Assembly (NCBI GenBank): GCA_965219505.1
Contig: OZ244775.1
Coordinates: 2,558,815 to 2,622,814 of the forward strand
Reading direction: 5' to 3'
Origin: Chloroflexota bacterium
Lineage (GTDB): Bacteria; Chloroflexota; UBA11872; VXOZ01
DNA length: 64,000 bases
The translations under genes and the position numbers were made by a program. This document shows positions 52,888 to 63,435 of this stretch, in pieces (within the stretch, counting starts at the first letter, position 1; each line of letters starts with the position of its first letter). The notes under the pieces were generated by a model, which searched no databases, was not told where the DNA came from, and saw nothing but the letters and a program-made list of their open reading frames with translations.

Positions 52888-53598
52888 ATGCCTGTATTTG
52901 CTTTTGAAAGCTTACAGATTCTACAAGAGATCGATCTTCAGTTGGATGCTTTCCGCGCTGAGGTCAATCAGATCGAAGCCGCTCTCGCCGATCATGGTGA
53001 AATTGAAGCGGCGCGCCGCAAACTGACGGCGCAGGCAAAGACCCAAGAGCAGACCAGCGCCGCCCTGCGGGACGCCGAACTGGCACTGGCGTCCATTACC
53101 GCCGCGGTCGAGGAAAAGTCGAAACGCCTCTACAGTGGTAGTGTGGTAAGTTCACGGGAATTGGAGGCCTTGCAGGCGGACATCTCGCAACTCATGCAGC
53201 AGCGCTCCGTGCGCGAAGAACACGCCCTACAAGCTATGGTTGTTGCTGAAGAAGCTGAAGCCGCGCGGGATGAGCAGCAAGCGCACCTTGATTCGCTTGA
53301 AGCGACGTTTGCCACCAAAGAGAGAGAATTCGGCGCGCGTCTGCAAGAGCTAAAGGTGGAAATTCCGGCGCGCGATAGAGAACGCGCCGCTCTGCTGGGC
53401 CAAAACGACCCCGTCCTTGTAATAACCTACGAATCGCTGCGGTCACGCGTCGGCGGCCATGTCCTGGTACCTGTATCCCAGGGTCGGTGTACGTTCTGCC
53501 ACATCACGCTCCCTGACACGCAACTGCGCCGCACCCAGCAGAACCAAGAGGTCGTCTACTGCGATAGCTGCGGCCGCATGCTCTACACGGTGCGCTAG
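52888..53598 (+). CDS. Zinc-ribbon coiled-coil protein (COG1579/DUF164 family)
   Basis: A long coiled-coil followed by a C-terminal 'CTFCH...CDSCGR' C4 zinc ribbon. Confidence 0.6.
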   Translation: MPVFAFESLQILQEIDLQLDAFRAEVNQIEAALADHGEIEAARRKLTAQAKTQEQTSAALRDAELALASITAAVEEKSKRLYSGSVVSSRELEALQADISQLMQQRSVREEHALQAMVVAEEAEAARDEQQAHLDSLEATFATKEREFGARLQELKVEIPARDRERAALLGQNDPVLVITYESLRSRVGGHVLVPVSQGRCTFCHITLPDTQLRRTQQNQEVVYCDSCGRMLYTVR

Positions 53599-53887
53599 CC
53601 CAAACTGCGCAGTGGTGCAATCCAAGCGGAACCTTCCCATATCCCATGCTTGGAGCCTGACGGCGAACTAAAGCGTCCGCCCTGGTTTCATCAAGCGCAA
53701 GCCCCGCAAATCACATACTCTGCGCAGAGCGAACACTGTTTTCTGCAGCAAGGACATTAACCTATAGTGTCTCCGTTGGCTAACCGGATCCTTCACTTGG
53801 CCGGCTCGTCAAACGGACGGAAGACTGCAGCGCCGACACGCGCACCTGGGCCCTGAACGTCAGATTGAGGCAAGACTGCTGTTAAAA

Positions 53888-53916
53888 TAAGAAGCCACGG
53901 ATGTGGCTCCTTTCTT
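53888..53916 (-). terminator. Rho-independent terminator downstream of tRNA-Leu
   Basis: On the minus strand the hairpin AGCCACATCCGTGGCT is followed by TCTTATTTT. Confidence 0.5.
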
Positions 53917-53925
53917 TGAGACATT

Positions 53926-54013
53926 TGGTGCCGAAGAAGGGACTCGAACCCTTACGAGCATAAAGCCCACTAGCCCCTCAAGCTAGCGCGTCTTCCAATT
54001 CCGCCACTTCGGC
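53926..54013 (-). tRNA. tRNA-Leu (anticodon GAG)
   Basis: The reverse complement reads GCCGAAGTGGCGGAATTGG...CTTGAGG...GGGTTCGAGTCCCTTCTTCGGCACCA. It has a long variable arm and encodes CCA. Confidence 0.8.
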
Positions 54014-54181
54014 ATGCACTAATTTCCCACTCTAATTATATGTAAGCGGTAAAACTTCCGTCAATGCGCAATCCGATTCCAGGTTCTTCTCACAGTGACT
54101 GCGCTCCTGAGACATCAGAGAGCCCATTGCAAGAATTCGGGTAGAGATGCAGAAATTCCCCCTCTTCCTGGCGATAATTAC

Positions 54182-54216
54182 TCCCTCTCCCTGGGGAGAG
54201 GGTCAGGGCGAGGGGA
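54182..54216. repeat. REP-like element, family D (CCCTCTCCCTGGGGAGAGGGTCRGGGYGAGGGG)
   Basis: Palindrome CCCTCTCCC/GGGAGAGGG. A second copy sits in reverse orientation at 19362-19397. Confidence 0.55.
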
Positions 54217-54484
54217 ATCCTTGCTTATCCAGATTCTATTCCCTAGGAAAAAACTGTGCGCAACTGTGCGAAAGCGGTGAAAGTGGACTAGAACTCGGAA
54301 ATTCACCTTCACCCCGTACTTGATACAGGGCAGACTCTAGCCCTCTCCTGGCAGGAGAAGCAACTTTACCGCTTTGGCGAGAGTTATGTAAAGCTCTCCT
54401 CAATGGAGTAGACTACTGCCCCAACAAAACTGCGCGCCCTCATCAGTCCCCCTCTCGTCGATGGCGCATACACGCTGCGCGGCC

Positions 54485-55330
54485 TCAAATCGACTGCACC
54501 GAAAACCCACCGTCAACCACAAGAGCAAGCCCGGTCGTAAAAGCGCTGGCCTTGGATGCAAGATAGACCGCCGCACCGCCAAGCTCGGCAGGCTCACCAA
54601 AGCGGCCCATGGGGGTGTGGGCGACGATTTGTTCCCCTCTTTCGCTGAGGCTTCCGTCAGGATTGCGGAGCAACGAGCGGTTCTGCGTAGTCTCGAAGAA
54701 GCCGGGGACGATCATGTTGACCCGGACAATGCCCTGCCACTCCCGCGCTAAGAAGCTTGTAAGCGTCGCCACCCCCGACTTGGCAATGGCGTAGACCGGC
54801 ACCCGCGAGAGCGGGCGCTCGCCGCCTGCCATGGAGCCGATATTAATAACGCTGCCTCGTCCGTTTGCCAGCATTGCCGGTCCGAATTCTTGACAGGCCA
54901 GCCACGCCGACGTGAGATTGAGATCAAGGTTGTCGCGCACGGCAGCCAAACTGAGATCCTCGAAAGCTTGGTCCGAGTTGACGATGGCTGACGGGTGGTT
55001 GCCGCCCACTGCATTTACCGCTACCGTAACCGCGCCAAACGCGTCTCGCACTTGCGCATGCGCTTGTGCAACGGATTCGGCCTCAGTAGCGACATACGGC
55101 ACGAAGACTGCCTCGCCTCCAGCGGCCTCAATAGCCTCCACCCGGCGTTGGCCTTGTTCCTGGTTGCGACCCAGCACGGCGACCTTGGCACCCGACGCGC
55201 CGAGATACTCCGCGATCACGCCGCCCAAAATGCCCGTGCCGCCCCCCACAACCGCCACTTCCCCAGTAAGGCCGAATAGCTCATCGAGAAATGCGGCGCG
55301 CTCTTGATTACCCACGCTGCTTACGGTCAT
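54485..55330 (-). CDS. SDR-family oxidoreductase
   Basis: RBS 'gaggaga' before ATG 55330. 'VVGGGTGILG' Rossmann motif and a 'YAIAKSG' YxxxK site. Confidence 0.7.
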   Translation of the reverse strand: MTVSSVGNQERAAFLDELFGLTGEVAVVGGGTGILGGVIAEYLGASGAKVAVLGRNQEQGQRRVEAIEAAGGEAVFVPYVATEAESVAQAHAQVRDAFGAVTVAVNAVGGNHPSAIVNSDQAFEDLSLAAVRDNLDLNLTSAWLACQEFGPAMLANGRGSVINIGSMAGGERPLSRVPVYAIAKSGVATLTSFLAREWQGIVRVNMIVPGFFETTQNRSLLRNPDGSLSERGEQIVAHTPMGRFGEPAELGGAAVYLASKASAFTTGLALVVDGGFSVQSI

Positions 55331-55525
55331 ATGTTGCGTTCTCCTCAATTGTCCGTTCATGCCACTGAAGTGCCAATTTATAGGAAGCGGGGGACAAGCC
55401 CCCGCGCTACAGCGTGAACCCTGAGAGTAGGAAGGGAATAGTTAGACGGTGTTAACTAACGCCTTCAATGGGAACGCCAAGCGGGCCAGTGTCGACCTCA
55501 GACGCTCACAGCCCATCTCGTCCCG

Positions 55526-56845
55526 TTAGCCACGAGTGCTCACACTCAGGTCCGCTACCAAGATTGGCGGGGCATAGAAGCTGCCTCTCACCCACTCCGG
55601 GTTGCTGCCGATGGCTGCTATATTCTTGAGCGCCTCGTAGGCATTGCCGGCCACCATCGTGTCTTTCACGCGGCCCGCGAGCTTGCCGTTTTCAATCTTG
55701 TAGCCTAAGTGCACGTTGCCCGAGAAGTCACCTGAAAAGAGATTTCCCATCGACGCGCCCATGGTGTATTCAACCAATATGCCTTCGTCTACGCCGCCAA
55801 TGAGGTCTTCAACACTGCCGCCATCACCAGGAGAGACAACCACGTTGTGATAGCCCGGTGCCGGCAACGAGTCCGGCGAACGCTCGCCGTTGCCGGTCGG
55901 CTCAGCGCCGGCTAAACCCGCTGTCTGTAGGTCATAGATGAACGTGCGCACGTAGCCGTCTTCCACGAGCGCGGTGCGCTGTAGCGGAATGCCCTCATCA
56001 TCGGTGGGAGAGGAGCCGACGGCGTGATCGATCGTACCATCGTCGTAGATGCTCAACTTCTCGTCGAACACCTGCTCTCCCAGCTTATCGCTTAGGGGAG
56101 ACGCGCCTTGTAGCACGGTCTTGCCACTGAACGCCTGCCTCAGCGGCTGCATGAGCGTATTACCGAGTCCTTGAGGTGTGAAGAGCACCGGCATGTGCTT
56201 GGTAGTCACGGCCGCCTGGCTACGTGCGGCCTCGACCCGCTGAATGATGCGCTGCGCCACAGACTGTGGGTCCACGTCAGCCCGGCATGATAGGGAGAAG
56301 TGCCAGACATCCAAGATGTCTTCACCCCGTGTCAAATTGATACTGGCCCCCAAGGACACTACCGACTTTCGGTAGTCCGTACCGCCGCCATGAGAATTCA
56401 GCAACCGGACGTGGGTAATGCGTTTCGACGTGCCCACGTCACACAGAAACTCTTCGTCGTGGTTGCGCAGCAGGTCAAGCGCCTCCGTGCCAAGCGTCAC
56501 AAGATTGTCCAGCGAAAGGGCCTCCACCGCCGGATCGAAGATAGTGACGCCGTTCGTCGTGTAGGTGCTTGGCAGCGTGAACTGCGCTTGGGCGCCAAAC
56601 TGCGCGGACTCGACCGCGCTCTCCACGAGGGCGTCCAGATCGCCCGGCTCGCTCAACTTGGTTGAATAGCCCAGGCCGATGCGCCCATCCTTGATGATGC
56701 GCAACGCCATGCCGCTTGACTCACGAGCATTTATGGACTTCATACGGTTGGCTTCAAAGGAGATGGGTAGCTCTGTAGATTCGTAAAAGAGCACCTCCGC
56801 CACCTCAGCCGATTTCTTGGCTTTTTCCAGCAATGCCTCAAGCAT
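55526..56845 (-). CDS. pmbA: PmbA/TldE-family metalloprotease modulator
   Basis: TldD/PmbA-family similarity throughout. It sits 4 nt downstream of tldD. Confidence 0.8.
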   Translation of the reverse strand: MLEALLEKAKKSAEVAEVLFYESTELPISFEANRMKSINARESSGMALRIIKDGRIGLGYSTKLSEPGDLDALVESAVESAQFGAQAQFTLPSTYTTNGVTIFDPAVEALSLDNLVTLGTEALDLLRNHDEEFLCDVGTSKRITHVRLLNSHGGGTDYRKSVVSLGASINLTRGEDILDVWHFSLSCRADVDPQSVAQRIIQRVEAARSQAAVTTKHMPVLFTPQGLGNTLMQPLRQAFSGKTVLQGASPLSDKLGEQVFDEKLSIYDDGTIDHAVGSSPTDDEGIPLQRTALVEDGYVRTFIYDLQTAGLAGAEPTGNGERSPDSLPAPGYHNVVVSPGDGGSVEDLIGGVDEGILVEYTMGASMGNLFSGDFSGNVHLGYKIENGKLAGRVKDTMVAGNAYEALKNIAAIGSNPEWVRGSFYAPPILVADLSVSTRG

Positions 56846-56849
56846 ACGA

Positions 56850-58208
56850 CTATTGACCTCCCACCAAGCACTTGCTAATGAGCACGTGGGGGCTGCCATC
56901 GCCCACCGGCGCCGACTGCCCGCCCTTGCCGCACGTCCCACCCGCCGGGTCCCACGCAAAGTCATTGCCGACGGCAACGATGTTTTCCAAGGTGGTAAAG
57001 ACGTTTCCCGAGAGATTCACGCCGCGCAGCGGCTCGGCCAGCTTTCCGTCCCGGATGGCATAGGCCTCCATGCACGAGAACGTGAACATCTCCATGCTCG
57101 TCTGGCCCCCGTACCAATTCTTGCAGTAGACGCCGTCCTTTACCTCCGCCAGCATCTCCTCAAGAGGCGTTTCGCCGGGTTCGATGGCGGTATTGCGCAT
57201 ACGGACCAGCGGCGGCACCCGGTAGCTCTGGGCGCGCGCATTGCCCGTGGGCGCTTCGTTCATCTTGCCCGCCGTCTCCCGTGAGTGCAGCCGCCCCACC
57301 AGATCGCCTTCGCGGATCAGGTACTGCATGCCCGTGGGCACCCCTTCGTCATCATAGGCAAAGGAGCCGGTGAGGCCCTGCACCTGGCCGCTGTCTATGA
57401 TGTTGAGGTACTTGCCGCCAAACGTGCGACCTAAGACCATGATCTCTTTGAGCTTGTCATTCTCATACACGTGATCGGCTTCCGAAAGGTGCCCGAACGC
57501 CTCGTGCGCAAAGACACCGGCCAGCGTAGAGTCGAGAATCACCATAAATTCCCCGCCCTTTGGCGGTGTGGCATCGAGCATCCCCACGGCTTTCTCGGCA
57601 GTCTCACGCACCTCGTCATGATGTCCTTCCACGACGCTATAGTCCTCGCTGCTGGCAAAGCCCGCCCGTGCTTGCTGCACGTTACCGTTTTCGCGCGCGA
57701 CGACGCCGAAGTGAGCAGTTACCCGCCCCCGCTCTTGCTCAATGTACGTTCCAGTGGAGTTTCCGTAGTACTGCTTGCGGTAGCCGTCGCCATAGCGCAC
57801 CGTGGAAGTCTGAATCTTGGGCGTCCGCCAGATTTCTTCTACATACGAGTCCATGAGGTGCTTTTTCTCCGCCAGCGGGACCTCCCGTGGATCACGCTGC
57901 ATGGAAACCCGCACCACGTCCTGTACCGGCGATACGTCCGCCAACTCCGTCTTTTCGTTGCCTACCAGACGTGCCTGGCTGACGGCTTGTGCCACTTTCT
58001 CCCGCAAATCAATAATCCGATTGAAGGAGACGAAACCCCAGCCGCCGTTCACCGCAGCGCGCACAGACCCACCAAGCTGCGTGGTCGTGCCCACCTCCTC
58101 CAAGTCCTTGCCCCGGTACGTGATGTTAGTAGACTGCGTTTCCTCGATGCGAACTTCCACGTAGTCCGCTGTATGCTGCTTTAGCGCGTCTTCAATGCGT
58201 TCGCGCAT
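56850..58208 (-). CDS. tldD: TldD-family metalloprotease
   Basis: 'HEAFGHLSEAD' HExxxH motif and conserved C-terminal 'GxC' region. Confidence 0.85.
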   Translation of the reverse strand: MRERIEDALKQHTADYVEVRIEETQSTNITYRGKDLEEVGTTTQLGGSVRAAVNGGWGFVSFNRIIDLREKVAQAVSQARLVGNEKTELADVSPVQDVVRVSMQRDPREVPLAEKKHLMDSYVEEIWRTPKIQTSTVRYGDGYRKQYYGNSTGTYIEQERGRVTAHFGVVARENGNVQQARAGFASSEDYSVVEGHHDEVRETAEKAVGMLDATPPKGGEFMVILDSTLAGVFAHEAFGHLSEADHVYENDKLKEIMVLGRTFGGKYLNIIDSGQVQGLTGSFAYDDEGVPTGMQYLIREGDLVGRLHSRETAGKMNEAPTGNARAQSYRVPPLVRMRNTAIEPGETPLEEMLAEVKDGVYCKNWYGGQTSMEMFTFSCMEAYAIRDGKLAEPLRGVNLSGNVFTTLENIVAVGNDFAWDPAGGTCGKGGQSAPVGDGSPHVLISKCLVGGQ

Positions 58209-58217
58209 GGATGCGAC

Positions 58218-59075
58218 TTACTCCTTATGAAATGATATGCCTACAGCTCCCGGCCCCGCGTGCGTGCCGATGGCCGGTCCGATTGAGCCATTCATGACGC
58301 TTTGTGCAGAGACGCGGCTCAAGATCGCCTCTTGCAGTTCGGCCGCGAATCCTGGATCATTTGCGTGCATCACGCCTAGGTGCGTGAGCGTACCTTCAGG
58401 GCCGGCAACGGACTCAACATAGCGCACCATGCGCTCGACGACGCGCGAGCGCGTGCGCACCTTATCTAGAGCTTCAATTGCTCCATCCTTGAGAATGAGC
58501 ACCGGCTTAATGCGAAGCAGCGAACCAAGCAAGTGAGAGGCCGCGCCGAGGCGGCCGCCGCGCCGCAGGTATTCCAACGTATTGGGGGTAAAGGCGAGGT
58601 GCATAAGGTCTGCGACGTACTTGATGTGACTGACTATGCGATCGGCTGCAGCATCCTCTGCGGCCAGGCGCGCCGCCTCCCGTGCCATGTATGCCACACC
58701 TAGCGTAGCCGATTTCGTATCAACGACGTGTATATTGCAGGACGATTCCTCCTGCAACTGTTGCGCTGCTGTCAAAGCGGACTGCACTGTGCCGCTCAGC
58801 TTGCCGGATACGTGAAGCGATACGATGTGATCGTGGTCCGTCGCCAAACGTTGGTAGACCTCGGCAAACTCACCTACCGAGGGTTGCGATGTCTGAGGCA
58901 GGTCCTGGGCCTCGGTGAGCATTGCATAGAATTGCTCGCCCGTGATGTCCACGCCATCCTTATAATCTATGTCTCCGAAACGCACGTGCGCCGGCACAAT
59001 GGTTATGTGTTGCTCGGCGGCAATCGCGGGATCGAGGTCGCTCGTGCTATCTGTAACGATGGCAATCGCACTCAT
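58218..59075 (-). CDS. DegV-family fatty-acid-binding protein
   Basis: 'IAIVTDSTSDL' N-terminus. A GGAGGAG RBS lies before ATG 59075. Confidence 0.8.
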   Translation of the reverse strand: MSAIAIVTDSTSDLDPAIAAEQHITIVPAHVRFGDIDYKDGVDITGEQFYAMLTEAQDLPQTSQPSVGEFAEVYQRLATDHDHIVSLHVSGKLSGTVQSALTAAQQLQEESSCNIHVVDTKSATLGVAYMAREAARLAAEDAAADRIVSHIKYVADLMHLAFTPNTLEYLRRGGRLGAASHLLGSLLRIKPVLILKDGAIEALDKVRTRSRVVERMVRYVESVAGPEGTLTHLGVMHANDPGFAAELQEAILSRVSAQSVMNGSIGPAIGTHAGPGAVGISFHKE

Positions 59076-59561
59076 ACCCTCTCCTCCTTCTTTCTTGAAT
59101 GAGACGCCCTTGTCACTTGGGCCAAGAAACTGCCCCACCTGGTATTGCGTCCGTTGCAATACCAAGTGCCACACTCCCAAGACACCCACTATCGTATCTC
59201 AAGCTATACTAACGTGCACGTGACAGTCAACCGCCTGCGGCAAATGGAAGGGGATGGCTAACACCTCATTCCATAGAGTAGCATGTGTCTCCAGGCCGGT
59301 TCCTTAAGTACAGTGTGAATTCCTGTCCATCCTCACAGGAAAATGCTGTTGGCTTACTTCTCAGTGCTTAGACAGTCAATAGAGGTATACATGCCGATTT
59401 CAATAATCGCTGGCAGGCGCTCGGCCTAACGTGCGAATGCTTATAATGGTAAGAGCGGTTTGTAGGAACGCAACTGCGCACAGCGATCTGCACATCGTGG
59501 AGTGCGGGCGAGACTCAAGCCAAAGCGAGCACTTTACCTGCCCACCGGGAGGACAACCCCC

Positions 59562-60410
59562 ATGAAAGTAGTTGTAACAGGCGGCAGCGGCAACATTGGG
59601 CAGTACGTGGTAAGAGAACTCGTGCGGCACGGGCACGAGATCGTCTCCTTTGATCGGGTGGCGCCTCCGGAGCCTGAACCGGGCGTCCACTACCGACTCG
59701 GCGATCATGAGGACGAGGGTACGATTTTCGAGCTTCTTGCCCCTGCCGAGGCCGTTGTGCACCTTTCGGCTATTCCCTCTCCGGGCACCCACGCCAATGC
59801 CTTCGTCTTTCGCACGAACGTCATGGGCACCTACAACGTGTGCGAGGCCGCTGCCACGCTTGGACTCCGAAAGATCGTTGCGACGAGCAGCATCAACGTG
59901 CTTGGCATGGGGTTCCGCTACCGCGACTTTGCCCCCCACTACCTGCCAGTGGAAGAGAACCACCCCGATCTGCCGCAAGACCCGTACGGCCTCTCCAAAG
60001 TAGTCGGGGAAGACATCGTGGACATGGTGCATCGGCGCACTGGCATTCCCGCCGTTTCCATCCGTCCGTCGCACGTCGTCATGCCGGAGACGTGGCCGGA
60101 ACGACTGGCAGCGATGAAGGCGAATTTCAACGTCTACTATAGTGGCATTTGGGGCTACGCGGACGTACGCGACCTGGCGGTGGGGTTTCGCCTGGCGCTG
60201 GAGACGGATGACGCCGTGCAAGGCGCGTATTACATCGTGGCCGACGACGCCTTCTGTCCGATGCCGCTCGCCGAAGCAGCGCCTCTTATCTTTCCCGGCG
60301 CCGCGCAGATGGCCGCTCACCTCACCGGCACGGAATCGGGCATCACGAACGCCAAAGCTAAACGCGACCTCGGTTTCCAAGCGCAGTATTCGTGGCGCGA
60401 CTTTGCTTGA
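59562..60410 (+). CDS. NAD-dependent epimerase/dehydratase (extended SDR)
   Basis: 'VVVTGGSGNIGQYVV' Rossmann motif and 'YGLSK' catalytic YxxxK. Confidence 0.7.
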   Translation: MKVVVTGGSGNIGQYVVRELVRHGHEIVSFDRVAPPEPEPGVHYRLGDHEDEGTIFELLAPAEAVVHLSAIPSPGTHANAFVFRTNVMGTYNVCEAAATLGLRKIVATSSINVLGMGFRYRDFAPHYLPVEENHPDLPQDPYGLSKVVGEDIVDMVHRRTGIPAVSIRPSHVVMPETWPERLAAMKANFNVYYSGIWGYADVRDLAVGFRLALETDDAVQGAYYIVADDAFCPMPLAEAAPLIFPGAAQMAAHLTGTESGITNAKAKRDLGFQAQYSWRDFA

Positions 60411-60813
60411 GCTTGGCCATTGGCTGCGCATTGGCTTGTTGCGGGTCCGGGTAGCCGCAGTTTACTCAATTGCAAGTCGAGTGTCTCGCAGCGCCTTCCT
60501 TTGAATCGCTGACGCACACTTGCAATCGCTATGACTCTCCGTCACTAACCCTAGCATGTAGGCAAAATTGCTATACTTAGAGGGTGTTTCCGACGTTTGC
60601 GACAAGTTCATCAACCGTTCGTGCTGAGCTTGTCGAAGCATGGATGGCTGTAAGGTCAGGACTGCAGCTTGTTTTACTTCTACGCTCCGTTGCGGCCTTC
60701 GACAAGCTCAGTCCGAACGGGGATAGTGCTCAAATAGGAAGAAGGATTGCGACCAGTGACAAAGTCGCAATTGCCCCATTAGACCGTCCTCAGAAAGCAC
60801 GAGGGAGACTATC

Positions 60814-61857
60814 ATGTCAACACCCGTAAAGTTGACCAGCCTGGCCGCTTGCGCAGGCTGAGCGGGCAAACTCGGCCCCGCCGAGCTCGCGCAGGTGCTG
60901 CGCGCCTTCCCCTCACAAGCCAATAGCAATTTGCTGGTAGGTCTGACCGCGCCCGACGATGCCGCCGTGTATCGTATGAGTGATGATCAAGCCATCATCA
61001 GTACGGCGGACTTCTTCCCGCCGGTCGTAGACGATCCCTACGCCTTCGGCCAGATTGCTGCTGCCAATGCCCTGAGCGACGTGTACGCTATGGGGGGCGA
61101 GCCGCTCTTTGCCCTGAACCTCGCAGGCTTTCCGGACAACCTCGACCTGGACATCCTGAGCCGCATCTTCCAGGGCGGCGCGGACAAGGTACTGGAGGCC
61201 GGCGCGGTGATCGCCGGCGGCCATACGGTGACCGACGAGGAACCGAAGTACGGCTTGGCGGTCACGGGCCAGGTACACCCCGAGCGCATCTTCACCAAGT
61301 CCGGCGCGCAGCCGGGGGACATGCTCGTCCTAACGAAACCCATCGGCACCGGCGTGATAACCACGGCCCACAAGCACGACTGCGTCGAGCCCGGACATCT
61401 AGAAGAGGCTGTCGCCAGTATGTGTCGTCTCAATGGCGGCGCCGCGCGGTTATTCCAACAATTCACCATCCACGCCTGCACCGACGTAACCGGTTACGGT
61501 TTGCTCGGACATGCCATGGAGATGGCGCGCCACGGCAACGCGCGCTTTGAATTTGCAGCACAAGCAATTCCACTGCTCAACGGCGCGCTGGCCTACGCCC
61601 GCGACGACGTGGTGCCCGGCGGATTGGACCGCAATCGCTCGCACCTGGAAGACGAAGGGCTGCTTACGCTGGACGCGGACATTCCTCCCGCACTCGCCGT
61701 GCTCCTCTTCGATCCCCAGACCAGCGGCGGCCTGCTCGCCGCCGTGCCCCCGCAAGATCAGGCCCAACTCGAAGCGGCTTTCCGCGCCGCCAACGAGCCG
61801 CTCTGGATCATTGGCAAGGTAAGCGAGGGAACCGGCATTGGAGTTACTGCGGCGTAG
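60814..61857 (+). CDS. selD: Selenide, water dikinase (selenophosphate synthetase), with an in-frame UGA at 60859-60861 encoding selenocysteine
   Basis: RBS 'gagggag'. The N-terminus 'MSTPVKLTSLAACAG[U]AGKLGPAELAQVL' aligns with E. coli '[24 protein letters not shown]', placing the Sec at the Cys17 position. A GC-rich hairpin (gcgggcaaactcggccccgc) lies immediately 3' of the TGA. The ORF track breaks only at this TGA. Confidence 0.8.
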
Positions 61858-61932
61858 CAGGAGAGCTAGCGCGGGTCCAAGCCGATCTCTTGACTCGAGG
61901 CTCACGCGCTGCACGAGTGGTCTCTGCAGCAA

Positions 61933-62547
61933 TCACTCGCGCGCACCGGCAGTCTCGTATTCAGTCCGCCACACGACCAAATCGGCATTTGCCCTTCCGT
62001 CCGGCTCCTGAGTGCGGGCGTGGCACGTAAACCCGTTCTTCTGAAAAGCGCGCTGGGAACGCCGATTTTCTGCTGCGACAAGAGCGAATATAGCATCGGC
62101 TCTCTCCTTCTGAAAGCCGAATTCTACGAGGAGCCCTATCACCTCCGTCCCATAGCCGCGTCCCCACAACTCCTTCTCGCCGATCATGAGGTCAATGCGA
62201 CGCAGGTCCTTATCGGGAAACTGAGCGACGATCCGCTGCAGATTCATGCGTTGCAGCCAACACTCGCCGATGGGATTGCCCCCTACTTCCATGATGAAAC
62301 AGTAGGCATGGGTTGAAATCCAGCGATAGATGGTCTGCAAATCTTCCAGCATGGTCTCTTCAAACGGGTTGTGGTCCGCGAGTTCCATCACGGCGGGATC
62401 GTTGTTCCACTTGAGGAGAACGTCCCAATCGCCTTCACCCATAGGCCGCAGAGTTACGGCTGCTCCTTGCAGGGTGACGTCGTGAGTCAGCAGCACGGGG
62501 GATCGGCGTTCTGGCGTGGGTTGAAGTTCAGGGATTATGACGTTCAT
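61933..62547 (-). CDS. GNAT-family N-acetyltransferase (RimJ/RimL-like)
   Basis: 'GECWLQRM...GRGYGTEVIGLLVEFGF' GNAT core. Confidence 0.6.
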   Translation of the reverse strand: MNVIIPELQPTPERRSPVLLTHDVTLQGAAVTLRPMGEGDWDVLLKWNNDPAVMELADHNPFEETMLEDLQTIYRWISTHAYCFIMEVGGNPIGECWLQRMNLQRIVAQFPDKDLRRIDLMIGEKELWGRGYGTEVIGLLVEFGFQKERADAIFALVAAENRRSQRAFQKNGFTCHARTQEPDGRANADLVVWRTEYETAGARE

Positions 62548-62655
62548 AGGAGTAGTATACTAGCAGAGTGGGACGCAAGAGCATGGAAAAGCTGTGAGAC
62601 AAGACTAAGTCTAGCGCGCCGCGTGTGCAGTAGCTCAAGATAGGGAGTATTCACG

Positions 62656-63357
62656 ATGAGTCAGGTGCAAGAGAGAGTCGCCACCACTGATATCGACGAG
62701 CGTTGGCTGCCGCCTTCGCCGCACCGTGAGAAGATTCTGGAAAAGATCGCGCTGGGCCGCGCGCACATCGAGGAGGCGGGTCACAACCAACCGCCGCTGG
62801 TCTACTTCGAGGACGGCGGCATGATGGAGCTGCCGCGCGTGCGCTGGACCGGAGCCAACCAGTTCGTGCCGGACATGTCGGAGGGAGGCGCTGCGCGCCA
62901 GACTCACTACACCGACGTCTGCGGCAGTATCGATGAATTGAAGCGCATCGAGGAAGAAGAGCCGGCACGCGTGCAGACCGAGGCTGAGCACATCACCGCG
63001 CTCTTGGACGACATCCAGCACATGATGGAGCGCATGCAGCGCCGCTGGGACGTGTACAAAGAAGCCGCCGACGCGCTCTTGGAAGCGGCACAGCGGATGC
63101 AGGCGATTACCGGGCCGGACGTGCCCGGCGGCCTAGCCAAGCTGGAAGAGATGCGCCGCTTCTTACTCGAGCGTCCGGAGGAAGTCGCCGATAATGTGCC
63201 GTGGCTGCATCAGACCGCTGAAGAGGTGCGCACCGTTGCCGGTCGGAACGAGCAAACCCTGTACGCCTACCGCGAAGCCTGGATCGAAGCCGGCGCCAGC
63301 TACCTGCACGTCAAAGGCAGCCGCGCCTGGAATTCCGACAACGGCGAAGCTTCCTGA
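62656..63357 (+). CDS. Hypothetical protein
   Basis: ORF with a plausible RBS. No recognisable motifs. Confidence 0.35.
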   Translation: MSQVQERVATTDIDERWLPPSPHREKILEKIALGRAHIEEAGHNQPPLVYFEDGGMMELPRVRWTGANQFVPDMSEGGAARQTHYTDVCGSIDELKRIEEEEPARVQTEAEHITALLDDIQHMMERMQRRWDVYKEAADALLEAAQRMQAITGPDVPGGLAKLEEMRRFLLERPEEVADNVPWLHQTAEEVRTVAGRNEQTLYAYREAWIEAGASYLHVKGSRAWNSDNGEAS

Positions 63358-63435
63358 CCGGACTATGGACATGCCGTCGCCCTCTATATCGCGAATCGTA
63401 CTACATAGCAGGCATGTTCAAGAGAAGGGTAGTCG

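Noticed and set aside
53600-53880. RNase P RNA or another ncRNA downstream of the COG1579 zinc-ribbon gene
   Set aside because: I found no 'AGGAAAGTCCGGGCTCC' or 'ACAGAACCCGGCTTA' P4 / conserved-region motifs on either strand.
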